Source: a virus (lineage: Duplodnaviria; Caudoviricetes). Taken from it: 64,000 nt of DNA. The DNA lies in IMG/VR virus record IMGVR_UViG_3300028797_006177, positions 39,961 to 103,960 of that record. The stretch is one strand, 5' to 3'. Below are positions 9,602-18,666 of the stretch, piece after piece; position 1 is the stretch's first letter, and each line of letters begins with the position of its first letter. The position numbers and the translations under genes are program-made. A model generated the notes under the pieces. It saw only the letters and a list, made by a program, of their open reading frames with translations, ran no database searches and was not told where the DNA came from.

Positions 9602-11602
9602 TTACATCCCGTCTGGCATGACGACGAAGCCGATGCCGCCACGGAAGTGCTTCACGCCCATGTATAGTTCGTCGAAAGCGTCCGTTCCGTCGGTGCGGAG
9701 TTCCTCTGGTGTGGAATCCTGAGCATCTACGGATAGTTTCTCACCTCCCTTCTGCTTCTTGAACGTCGAACCGTTGTGGCCGTAGCTGAGTTTGACATCG
9801 CATTGCTCGACTGCTGCCGTCAGCGGTTCGTTGTTCTGCTGGTTGAAGGCAATGGCGGGATAGCCGAAGCCTGCAAATGCCTCGTTGATGTCCTTGTATT
9901 TCTGCATGTGGCTTGGTGCCTGCCCCATATCGACGGGATTTACTTGCCAGCCGTACTTGCGAAGTTCCTTTATCACGGTATCTTTGATGTCGTCCATTGA
10001 AATGCCGTGCAGCTTGAACTTGGCGGTGTGGGAGAAGTAGTAGTTGATGTGCTTGTTCTTCTTTTTGTGCGGGGCATAGTAGCGGTCGAAGTCGCGTATG
10101 AGGTCTTGAATCATGCCGCCGTTCTTCACGAACATCGAATTGAGGACATTCAGTGTCTCTACGCCGCCTCGCTTATACTGCTGACCGATGACAATCCAGT
10201 TAATGAGGTTGTTGTAGTCGAGGGCTATTTCAAGGTCGAGGTCGTCGCGCAGGTCGCCGTCGAGCGAGCAGTCCTTGATGTTGGAGAGGTAGTCGAAGTC
10301 TGGGCTTTCGTACTCGGTGGGGTATGCCGTGCCGCCAACTATCTGTTTGCCCTGCTTAATCTTGTAGGAATCGTTGATGGCTGGGCAGTCATCGTCTATG
10401 TAGGTATGTATGTCGGGGTCGAAGTTGCAGTAGAAGCCTTCGCCCGATTTCTTCGGACGCAGGTTTAGCACGGATATGCAGTAAACGAGCGCAGGCAAGT
10501 CGCGCTTCATTCTCCGCAAATAGTCTTCGCCAAGGATATCTATATTGTCAAGTGCGGATGCCCGCACAAAATAGAACGAATTACAACGCAGATCGTCGAT
10601 ATGCTTCCTGTATTTCTTTGCGCCTCGTATCGCCATCATCTCAAAATGTTCTTCGTGAGTAATCAGGAAGCGGTAGTCGTAGAGCAGTTCGGCATCCTCC
10701 TCGCTGATGAGCTTGTAGGACACAAGGCGCGTGATGGTGTCCTTGGAATCGACTTTGTTCTGCTTGGGTACAATCCTATATCCACCCTCGCGCAGTTCAA
10801 CGGCGGCGGCCAGCGCACGGATGCGCTCCTTGGTCTCAGGCGACACCACCTGCACCCTGTGTCCGTCCTTCTTGGCCGAGCGCAGCAGTTCGTTGAAGAA
10901 GATTACGCGGTCGGCATACTGCTCCAGTTCGGTCTGTATGTCGCGGTATGTCTTGCCCTCGAACTCGCCGTGGTCAATCACTGTGTCGAGCATATCCTCT
11001 TCCCTGCCAAGCCAGTTGCCCCTGTTGACCAGCGAAGCGTCGCTGACGAAGCAGGTGCTCTTGTAGAATGGGTTCTCTTCCGAAAAGCGTTTGTCGCCCA
11101 ACGGATGCACAATGCCGCTGTTGGCCGGCATCACCTCCTCGTCAATTTTCTTCTTGGGGAGAAACTTGCACTCGTCGGCATCCACATAGCAGAGCGTCAT
11201 GCCGTTGGCACTACCAAACACAGAAAGGCTGAGTGCGTGCATCAAGTGGCCGTTGGCAAACCACATGGCATTCTCGTAGGACTTCGGGCGTATGATGCAC
11301 TGCTGCGTACCTTTGGGCGGCTTGCCCCAGCCGAAGTGTACGCCTTCCTTGAAACCATAGAAACGCTCCAATGCGGCAACCACACCTGGGATAGTCCTTG
11401 AATAGAGTTGCTTCCTGCTTGCGCCAAGGAAAGCACCCGCCCCTTGCGGCAGGGATTGAGCCACTGCCCAGATGCGCGGACCGAGCACACCGTCTGTCTT
11501 ACCGAAGCGTCGGGCAGCAAGGACGCGGAGGTCTCTTGCTCCAGCATAGAAGATGCGCTGCTGGACGCGGTTCATATATACATCGCGAGTGTCCTGTGCC
11601 AT
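9602..11602 (-). CDS. terL: Terminase large subunit
   Basis: Walker A 'AARRFGKT', Walker B 'YVDADECKF', RNase H-like 'IALDYN' and 'DGTDAFD'. Confidence 0.9.
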   Translation of the reverse strand: MAQDTRDVYMNRVQQRIFYAGARDLRVLAARRFGKTDGVLGPRIWAVAQSLPQGAGAFLGASRKQLYSRTIPGVVAALERFYGFKEGVHFGWGKPPKGTQQCIIRPKSYENAMWFANGHLMHALSLSVFGSANGMTLCYVDADECKFLPKKKIDEEVMPANSGIVHPLGDKRFSEENPFYKSTCFVSDASLVNRGNWLGREEDMLDTVIDHGEFEGKTYRDIQTELEQYADRVIFFNELLRSAKKDGHRVQVVSPETKERIRALAAAVELREGGYRIVPKQNKVDSKDTITRLVSYKLISEEDAELLYDYRFLITHEEHFEMMAIRGAKKYRKHIDDLRCNSFYFVRASALDNIDILGEDYLRRMKRDLPALVYCISVLNLRPKKSGEGFYCNFDPDIHTYIDDDCPAINDSYKIKQGKQIVGGTAYPTEYESPDFDYLSNIKDCSLDGDLRDDLDLEIALDYNNLINWIVIGQQYKRGGVETLNVLNSMFVKNGGMIQDLIRDFDRYYAPHKKKNKHINYYFSHTAKFKLHGISMDDIKDTVIKELRKYGWQVNPVDMGQAPSHMQKYKDINEAFAGFGYPAIAFNQQNNEPLTAAVEQCDVKLSYGHNGSTFKKQKGGEKLSVDAQDSTPEELRTDGTDAFDELYMGVKHFRGGIGFVVMPDGM

Positions 11603-11607
11603 AGTGT

Positions 11608-11952
11608 CTATGATTTTTGTCTTGCAAAGATACAGGGTTCGCCTGTGGCTACCGACACGTCCATTTTGAATCCCGCCATTTTCAGGTCGTCGATATAGAG
11701 TTTCAGCGGGTCGCCGAGTCCGCAGACAGTCGCCTTGAAGAAGTCGCGGAGCCGCGACTCGTCGAACTGCTCATAGTTCGGGTCGAACTCGCCACAAGGT
11801 TTATAGTGCCGCACGAAGGCACTCACCTTTTCCTCTATCACATAGTCGCGGAGGTGAACTTGGAAGCCATCGCCGTTTCCAGGCAGCTCCGTCTCGTCGG
11901 GCATATCTTCCCAATCCTCCCAATCGCGGTTCTTCTTTTTCTTCTTTGCCAT
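11608..11952 (-). CDS. Hypothetical protein
   Basis: 114 aa in the terminase operon. Confidence 0.65.
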   Translation of the reverse strand: MAKKKKKNRDWEDWEDMPDETELPGNGDGFQVHLRDYVIEEKVSAFVRHYKPCGEFDPNYEQFDESRLRDFFKATVCGLGDPLKLYIDDLKMAGFKMDVSVATGEPCIFARQKS

Positions 11953-11954
11953 AC

Positions 11955-12683
11955 CTATTCCTCGTTCTCCACGAATATATCCTTTTCTTCCTCTTCGACG
12001 GGCTGCCAGATGCCGTTGATTTCCTCCATTTCCGTCATCATTTCCTTTTCCGTCATGCCGTAGCGTTTGCGCATCTTCTCTCTTTCTTCGTCCGACATGC
12101 TTTCGCGGCCTTGCTTGACAACGCTCACGTCGCCAGTGATGTTGATGTTGGTGTTCGGCATCTGCTCCTGCGGGTCGTCGTCCTCCTTGAAGTCGTTGTT
12201 GATTTTCGCAAGGTCTTGGTTAGCCTGCTTCACGGCCTGCCAAGTGCCTGTCTTTCGTCCGTAGTTCATCATCCACGAGATGTTGTCCTCGAACATCGCC
12301 TTGTGGATGTGCTTCTTTGATACGTTAATCCTGCCCACAAGCTGATTGATGAGATAGATATCGTTGGCGATTTCCGTTGCGCCGCGCTTCGTGACGGCAC
12401 CCGTCTCAGGGTCTTTGGCGATGCCCAGCGCACGAATCATCTCAATAGCCGACTCGTTGCCAAGCTCTGCCTGTGCGAAGAGGTTCTTGTAGTCACGCTC
12501 TGCGATGCGGGTGGCAAGTGTACGGACGGGTATGGACGGATTTTCGGTGAAGAGCTTGTAGCACTCCAATGCAAGCCGCGCACGGAACTGACCGGGCAGC
12601 GGAATGTTCACCCGCTCCAAATCCACCTGTCCGTAGGTCCACTTGACAACCTTGTCTATATATCCTTGCGATGGTTGGCTCAT
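11955..12683 (-). CDS. Putative terminase small subunit
   Basis: 242 aa helical protein with acidic tail upstream of terL; call is positional. Confidence 0.45.
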   Translation of the reverse strand: MSQPSQGYIDKVVKWTYGQVDLERVNIPLPGQFRARLALECYKLFTENPSIPVRTLATRIAERDYKNLFAQAELGNESAIEMIRALGIAKDPETGAVTKRGATEIANDIYLINQLVGRINVSKKHIHKAMFEDNISWMMNYGRKTGTWQAVKQANQDLAKINNDFKEDDDPQEQMPNTNINITGDVSVVKQGRESMSDEEREKMRKRYGMTEKEMMTEMEEINGIWQPVEEEEKDIFVENEE

Positions 12684-14053
12684 TGCTTCTTAGTTTTCTT
12701 GGTCGTTTGGTTGTTTGGTCGTTTAGTCGTTTGGGATGCAGGTTTCTTGCTTGCCTTCTTCTCGTCCTTTTCAGCCCGCCATGCGGCGTTGTCCTCCTTC
12801 GTCTTTTCCAGGATGGGCAGGAAGGAATCGGCGAACTCGTCGCCCTTCAGTTCCCTCAGCCGCTCGATGCGCTGTGCCATCGTCTTTACCCTCTCGTCGG
12901 AAGCGTCCTTGTCGGTGCGCTTGATGTAGCGGACGAGTTCTGCCACCTCCTTCTTCACGGCTTCCTCCTGACGCATCCGCTCGGCATATTCGGGCGAATC
13001 CTGCTCGATGATGGTCTTGATGCGCAAGTCCAGTTCGGGCGACTTCAATTTCTCGTAGTACGGACGGGTGATGTAGGTGATTTTTGCGAGGTCAACGCCC
13101 TTGAACTTCTTCTTGAAGCCCTCGGTGAACGGCTCGTCTATGGTCAGTCGCTTGTGCAGCACAGCCAATTCTTCATCCACCGCAGCGTAGGTGCTCTCGA
13201 ACTGCTCGCGAGCCTCTTCTGCCAACTGTGCGTACTTCGCTATCTCTTCCTGACTGCCGCCACGCTCTGCCAGCACCTTGGCCGTCTGTGCCGCGTCGCC
13301 GAATGCTGTGCGCTGCGCCCTCACCATGTCGATGCGGTCTTGCAGTTCCTTCGAGCAAAGCCACTTGATGCTGGAGAGGTGCAGGCGGTCGTTCTCGATG
13401 CGCTCGGTGTAGATTTCGTCCATTGAACATTGACCATTGACCATTGAAGATTGGTTCTTGTTGTCGTTTTCGTTATCGTTATCGTTGAACAGACTTGGGT
13501 TCATCTCCCTTTCCTTCGCTTCGCGCTTGGCTCTCTCTGCTGCCAGTTCCGCATTGTTCTTCTCGCGGGGTGCTTCGTCGCTGACAATGACTTCAATCCC
13601 CATCATGCGGGCAATCATAATCTGCGTTTCCATCTCGGCATCCTGCGGCTTCGGCACTTCCAGTCCGTGCTTCCTTGCCTCCACCTCTGCCAGCGACGGC
13701 CTTCCCCTGCGGCGCAGCGGCACGGTGGGCTTCACCAGCGCAAAGGTGCGTCCGTCGCTGCCCTTCATCGTCAGCGTCTTGCTCACCTCTGCCTTGCACC
13801 GCTCGAAGTACATCCTTAGTCGGCCTGCCCTCGCCTCGAAGTCGCCGTAGTGTAATGCCTTCTCTACGAAATCCGTGGCGAAAGGCCAAGCCCCAATCAG
13901 GTTCAAGGCTACCTTCATCTCGTCGCTGTCCTTCTGTTCCCACTGGTGCGGCTTCACCAGAGCGTCGAGCCTGTCGTTCATAAACTCCGTAAAACCCTTC
14001 ATCCATTGCAACTGCTCGTCGGCAGTCATTTCCGTGTAAAGTTTCTGTGCCAT
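12680..14053 (-). CDS. Hypothetical coiled-coil protein with AT-hook-like RRRGRP
   Basis: Likely start ATG 14053 downstream of a TACTTTTG promoter element. Confidence 0.7.
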   Translation of the reverse strand: MAQKLYTEMTADEQLQWMKGFTEFMNDRLDALVKPHQWEQKDSDEMKVALNLIGAWPFATDFVEKALHYGDFEARAGRLRMYFERCKAEVSKTLTMKGSDGRTFALVKPTVPLRRRGRPSLAEVEARKHGLEVPKPQDAEMETQIMIARMMGIEVIVSDEAPREKNNAELAAERAKREAKEREMNPSLFNDNDNENDNKNQSSMVNGQCSMDEIYTERIENDRLHLSSIKWLCSKELQDRIDMVRAQRTAFGDAAQTAKVLAERGGSQEEIAKYAQLAEEAREQFESTYAAVDEELAVLHKRLTIDEPFTEGFKKKFKGVDLAKITYITRPYYEKLKSPELDLRIKTIIEQDSPEYAERMRQEEAVKKEVAELVRYIKRTDKDASDERVKTMAQRIERLRELKGDEFADSFLPILEKTKEDNAAWRAEKDEKKASKKPASQTTKRPNNQTTKKTKKQ

Positions 14054-14080
14054 AGTCTCTTTTTTATGTTGTTTCTGCGA

Positions 14081-14176
14081 CAAAAGTACGAACGAAAGCG
14101 AAAAGTATTCGGACATATCTTCCCTCCTCCTCTGTCGGTTATTGTCCGCGCATCGGTTTTGCTTTTCTTACCTTTG
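14081..14176. promoter_or_regulatory. Divergent promoters for the terminase and portal operons
   Basis: TACTTTTG (minus, 14081-14088) and TACCTTTG (plus, 14169-14176), each with GTCCG 20-21 nt upstream. Confidence 0.7.
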
Positions 14177-14222
14177 CCATTGTAACAGAAAAAAACAATA
14201 ACAATTCAAACGATTATCAACA

Positions 14223-16022
14223 ATGGCAAACAAGAAAGCACAGCATCCCAATCTGGTCACTGTACGCGGCGCCGACGCGCTCCGCCGTGAACAGGACCGC
14301 CTTGCGAAGCAGGGCTTCATTCCCGCCCCGATGCCCAATGACTTCGGCCACAACGGAGTGGCAGGAGGCATGAAGCACGGATGGGAAGAGTATATCCACG
14401 CCCGTCTGATGTGCGAGGAGAACGGCAAGTCGGGCAAACACTACGCAACGCTTCATCTGTCGAGCGGCGGCGAAGTACCCGTACCCGACAACCTCGGCAC
14501 GAAGGGCTTGGGCTACATGGCATGGGGCATCTACAACAACAACCCGAATGTGGTCAGCCAGATGCGCGAGATTTCTCCCTACACAGCCAGCGCACATCGC
14601 TTCAATGTCGATTTATGCGAGGGCAAAGGACCGCGACCTGTCTATGCCTACACACAGTACGTTGGCGGCAACCTCACGGAGAAGCGGGTGGCATTCAAGG
14701 ACGCTGGCATCCTCTTGAAGGGATGGATTCGTGACCTGAAACGCGAACTGGCAAAGATAGAGGAGCCAAAGCAGAAAGGAAGCGATGAATCATATAAATA
14801 TCCGGATGACTATAGCTTCAATAACAAAAGCAGCGACCTTGCAGAAGACATCCGCGAACAAATCGAGGCATTGGAGAAGGACTACCAGAAGTGGAACGAC
14901 ACCAACACCGACATTCAGGACTTCCTTCGTCGCAACAACCTCCACCTCACCTACCTCTCGCTCGTCGAGGACATGCAGGACCAAAACATCTGCTTCCCAG
15001 AAATCACGCTCAACAAGCGCACCACTGGCGCAGACGGCAAGAACCTCCCCACGTCGATGTGGACACCTAAGATTGTAGGACTGAAATACCGCAGCGCCCA
15101 CGCCTGCCGCCTTGAACGGAAAGACCAAAACGGACGCATCAATTATGTGTATATATCAAACCAATGGATTGAGCAGGGCAACCAAGCCAACATCGTCATC
15201 AAACCCGAAGACCAGAAAATCGACGCGCTCCCCGCACTCGATCCGCAATCTCCCCTCACTGACTTGGAGAGAATTGTCAGAGAGACGCGCCGCGAGAATG
15301 GCAGCATCCGTCGCCGACCGACGCGCTTCATCCTCCCGATAGCCTACCCATCCGCAGGCCGTCCGTACTATCCGATACCTGCTTGGCAGAGCATCTTCAG
15401 CGGCGACATCTACGAGTACCTGATGACAATGGTGAGCGACCGCAACAAGCGCCGCCAGAACAGCAATGTCATCGGGCGCATCATCTACCTGAATCAGGAA
15501 TATATGGAGCGGCTTTATTATCAGAAAAAGGCTGATAATCCAGATGACAGAAGAAAAGTATTCAATGAACTTCGCGACCAAATCAATGGCTTCCTCGAAG
15601 ACCGAAATAACACGGGAAAGCCGCTCGTAGCCTACACCTTCCAGTCGAAGGCCGACGGCAAAACCTACGAGTCATGGAAAATCGTAGAAATCGAGGCCAA
15701 CAACAAGCAGACAGCCGAAGCGAACCAAAAGGAGCTTGCCGAAATCAGCAGCATCGTGTTCTTCGCCTTCGGGCTGGACAGCCGCTTGGTGGGCAACAGC
15801 CCAGGCGACGTAGCCAGCAGCGGCGGCACCGACCTCCGCGAGCGATATCTGCTGAAACAGGTGCAGATGTCGCCCATGCAGCAGCTCATGCTCCTGCCGC
15901 TCTATCTCGTCAAGTATTACAACGACTACGACGAACACCTCGAATGGGAAATCCCCCGCGAAGTGCTGACAACCCTCGACAACAGCAAGACCGGCATCAC
16001 AAATGCGGAACAACCCACCTAA
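14223..16022 (+). CDS. Portal protein
   Basis: 599 aa; 'GRPYYPIPAW', 'GSSGGTDLRERYL'-like and 'LTTLDNSKTG' segments typical of Bacteroidales phage portals; position next to terminase. Confidence 0.75.
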   Translation: MANKKAQHPNLVTVRGADALRREQDRLAKQGFIPAPMPNDFGHNGVAGGMKHGWEEYIHARLMCEENGKSGKHYATLHLSSGGEVPVPDNLGTKGLGYMAWGIYNNNPNVVSQMREISPYTASAHRFNVDLCEGKGPRPVYAYTQYVGGNLTEKRVAFKDAGILLKGWIRDLKRELAKIEEPKQKGSDESYKYPDDYSFNNKSSDLAEDIREQIEALEKDYQKWNDTNTDIQDFLRRNNLHLTYLSLVEDMQDQNICFPEITLNKRTTGADGKNLPTSMWTPKIVGLKYRSAHACRLERKDQNGRINYVYISNQWIEQGNQANIVIKPEDQKIDALPALDPQSPLTDLERIVRETRRENGSIRRRPTRFILPIAYPSAGRPYYPIPAWQSIFSGDIYEYLMTMVSDRNKRRQNSNVIGRIIYLNQEYMERLYYQKKADNPDDRRKVFNELRDQINGFLEDRNNTGKPLVAYTFQSKADGKTYESWKIVEIEANNKQTAEANQKELAEISSIVFFAFGLDSRLVGNSPGDVASSGGTDLRERYLLKQVQMSPMQQLMLLPLYLVKYYNDYDEHLEWEIPREVLTTLDNSKTGITNAEQPT

Positions 16023-16091
16023 ATTTACAATCTACAATTTGGGCGGTAGCAAATTTTTCACTTTTCACTATTCACTTTTCACTTAAAAGTT

Positions 16092-17243
16092 ATGCTAATA
16101 ACATCCATTGAAGAGCTTCGGCTCATAGATCCCAATCACGCATTCGATAGTATCGACGGCATGATGGGCTTCATCGACAACTCCGAGCACGATTTCCTCG
16201 AAGACAAACTTGGCAGACCTCTCTACGAAGCGCTCTGCCTTTGGTACAAGGCGCATCCCGAAAACCGCTCTTCTGTTGCAGACTATCAGACGGGCTACTG
16301 GAATCGCCTGCTGCTCATGGCGCAACGCTGTGTTGGCTTCGATGCCCTTGGTAATGCGTCTGGAATGCAGGGCGTGTCGTTCAACAATTCAGGAATGAAC
16401 GTCAGCATCGCCTCCGACTACCCCAAGGCCGACGAAAAGGAAAAGGAAACCTACCGCAAGACGGCTTTCACCAATGCCATGAAGTCCTGCGACATCATGC
16501 TTGCCGAACTGGAGCGGTGGGTAAGCCTCGCCGCTGCCGAACCGGAGGCTACTTCGCAAAGCTTAGGCGCTGGCGAAACCCAGTTGGTTGATTCCGATTC
16601 CAGCGAAGGCGAAGACATCGACCCAGCAGCTGAGCTTGCCGAAATCGTCACCCTCTGGCGGCAGTCGCGCTACTACTACCTTGCAGCCTCGATGCTCATC
16701 CCGTCTGCCGTTGTCCTGCAGCAGTACCTCGACTTCTCCGAGAGTCGCGAGAAGTTCATCCGTATGCTCCCAGACCTTCGCTTCATCCAGGAGGAGGTCA
16801 TTGCCGGAGCCATCGGGGAGGAATACCTCGACCACCTCGTTGATGTCAGCCTACAGCAGGCTGGCAACGCACAACCCATCACCACCAAGTCTCCATTGGA
16901 GCTGCGCATCATCCACCAGTTGCGCCGCGTCATGGTGGCATGGCTCGGCAGCCGGACTTCCGTCCTCAAATATACAAAGGAGGAGAAGGTTGCATTCCAC
17001 GACGACGGTGTGCGCAAGATGGAGGATGCCCAGAGGTTCATCCAGCAGCACCAGAGCGACCTCCTCGAAGCCTACGCCTCCGATGCCGATACCCTCGCCG
17101 CATTCAAGGCAAGTCCGCTCTACACAGAGCCAGCAGAAGCCGCCCCCGCCCCCGCCGCTGCCAGTCCTTGTTGCCATCAGCCATCAGACATCAGCCATCA
17201 GACATCTGACCGAGCCGCCTGCTGGACACCGCCACTGCTGTGA
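16092..17243 (+). CDS. Putative head-tail adaptor (DUF6712-like)
   Basis: 383 aa directly after the portal, 'EHDFLEDKLGRPLY'. Confidence 0.5.
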   Translation: MLITSIEELRLIDPNHAFDSIDGMMGFIDNSEHDFLEDKLGRPLYEALCLWYKAHPENRSSVADYQTGYWNRLLLMAQRCVGFDALGNASGMQGVSFNNSGMNVSIASDYPKADEKEKETYRKTAFTNAMKSCDIMLAELERWVSLAAAEPEATSQSLGAGETQLVDSDSSEGEDIDPAAELAEIVTLWRQSRYYYLAASMLIPSAVVLQQYLDFSESREKFIRMLPDLRFIQEEVIAGAIGEEYLDHLVDVSLQQAGNAQPITTKSPLELRIIHQLRRVMVAWLGSRTSVLKYTKEEKVAFHDDGVRKMEDAQRFIQQHQSDLLEAYASDADTLAAFKASPLYTEPAEAAPAPAAASPCCHQPSDISHQTSDRAACWTPPLL

Positions 17244-17313
17244 AAAGTTGAAAAATTGAAACAGTGCGGTAGCAAATTCTTCATTCTTCACTCTTAATTC
17301 TTCATTTAGAAAG

Positions 17314-17925
17314 ATGTTCAGACTCGATAACCTCTTAGAGCGTTGGGCGGAACTTTACACTCCGCTCAGACACAATGCCGCATCGCGCAAGACCTTCTTT
17401 CGCATCTCGATGATAGACGCCCAGAGCTACTTCATCCGCAACTACGCCACCCAGCCGTCGCCCTGTATGGCCTATGCCACCCACATCGACGCGGAGCTGG
17501 CGCAGCAGAACCCCAAGGCCATTTCCTACCGCCACGTCATCTACTTCCTCGCCAAGCAGCCCGCAGGCACACTCTCCAAGACCGCCATCACCGACGAAGA
17601 GGGTGCCACCGAAGCCCGCTTCAAGACCGACGACATGGTGCAAGACCTCCTCGCCGTCCTCTGGGCGATGAAATCCGCAGTAAATGGAAAGCACCCCTCC
17701 ATTATGGGAGGGGACTGGGGTGGGTCCGAGCTTGCGGCGTTCATCGCCGCCACCGCTGCCGACAAGCAGTATGCTGAAGGCTTGCGCGGCCTCCAACTTG
17801 ACGGCGCACATTGGGGCACCCTGCCAACGATGTTCAACGGTTGGCAACTCTGCGGCCTCACCATCGAACAAATATCCCCCCGCCTCCTCTGCATCAACCC
17901 GGAAAGATACGTCCAAGATGATTGA
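17314..17925 (+). CDS. Putative neck/tail-completion protein
   Basis: 203 aa; call is positional. Confidence 0.45.
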   Translation: MFRLDNLLERWAELYTPLRHNAASRKTFFRISMIDAQSYFIRNYATQPSPCMAYATHIDAELAQQNPKAISYRHVIYFLAKQPAGTLSKTAITDEEGATEARFKTDDMVQDLLAVLWAMKSAVNGKHPSIMGGDWGGSELAAFIAATAADKQYAEGLRGLQLDGAHWGTLPTMFNGWQLCGLTIEQISPRLLCINPERYVQDD

Positions 17926-18048
17926 TGCGCATCACACACCCCCCTTGATGCGCATCACACACCCCCTTTGATGCGCATCAACCAAAACATCCATAGGTAT
18001 GACACACCCCCCTTCAAGCGGTTGACGCACCCCCTTTCAAGCGGTTGA
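17923..18048 (+). repeat. 23-bp-period array of 12-bp palindromes
   Basis: TGATGCGCATCA at 17923, 17946 and 17969; TCAAGCGGTTGA at 18014 and 18037; CACACCCCC linkers. Confidence 0.9.
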
Positions 18049-18082
18049 ACCAAAAAATTGTAGCAAAATAGAAGATTAGATT

Positions 18083-18625
18083 ATGGCAACAATAATAGCA
18101 GAAGATTTCGGTGAAGGCAGAGATTTGTTCCCGATGCGCTATATCGCCGACCTGTTCAAGGAGCAGACCTTGCAGCAGCTTCAAATAAACATGATGACGC
18201 AGCGCGTTTGGCCTTTCGAGGTTTATCCAGGCTATCGTGTCCGCAATGAGAAACGAAAATTGCTGGGCGGCTGGGTATCTACTGGCGAAGGCATCAAGTC
18301 CTTTGAGGGTACTGTCATTGAAGCCGACGAGAATACGGGTATGGTCACGATGTCGTTCCGCTACAATGATTATATGCAGTATGTGGATATAGGTGTCGGA
18401 GCGTGGGGCAAGTCAGGCGACATTGACCGCAGCCGCAAGGTGCGCTATCGCAATCGTTATACAAATTGGGTGCCCAGCGGTGGCAAGACACATCGCCCTG
18501 CTATACAGCCTGAATTGAATCACCTGCTTACCCGCTTGGAGGACTATGTGCAGGACTTCTACGGCAAGAAATACGAGTTCAAGATGCTCGAAACATTCCA
18601 AGACCTCACGCTCTTCGTGGGGTAA
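18083..18625 (+). CDS. Putative tail-completion/virion morphogenesis protein
   Basis: 180 aa before the tape measure gene, 'YMQYVDIGVG'. Confidence 0.5.
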   Translation: MATIIAEDFGEGRDLFPMRYIADLFKEQTLQQLQINMMTQRVWPFEVYPGYRVRNEKRKLLGGWVSTGEGIKSFEGTVIEADENTGMVTMSFRYNDYMQYVDIGVGAWGKSGDIDRSRKVRYRNRYTNWVPSGGKTHRPAIQPELNHLLTRLEDYVQDFYGKKYEFKMLETFQDLTLFVG

Positions 18626-18666
18626 TTATCAATTATCAATTTTCAATTATCAATTAGATATAGGTT

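Noticed and set aside
17923-18048. Mini-CRISPR
   Set aside because: The 23-bp period is too short and the variable parts are themselves repeated palindromes
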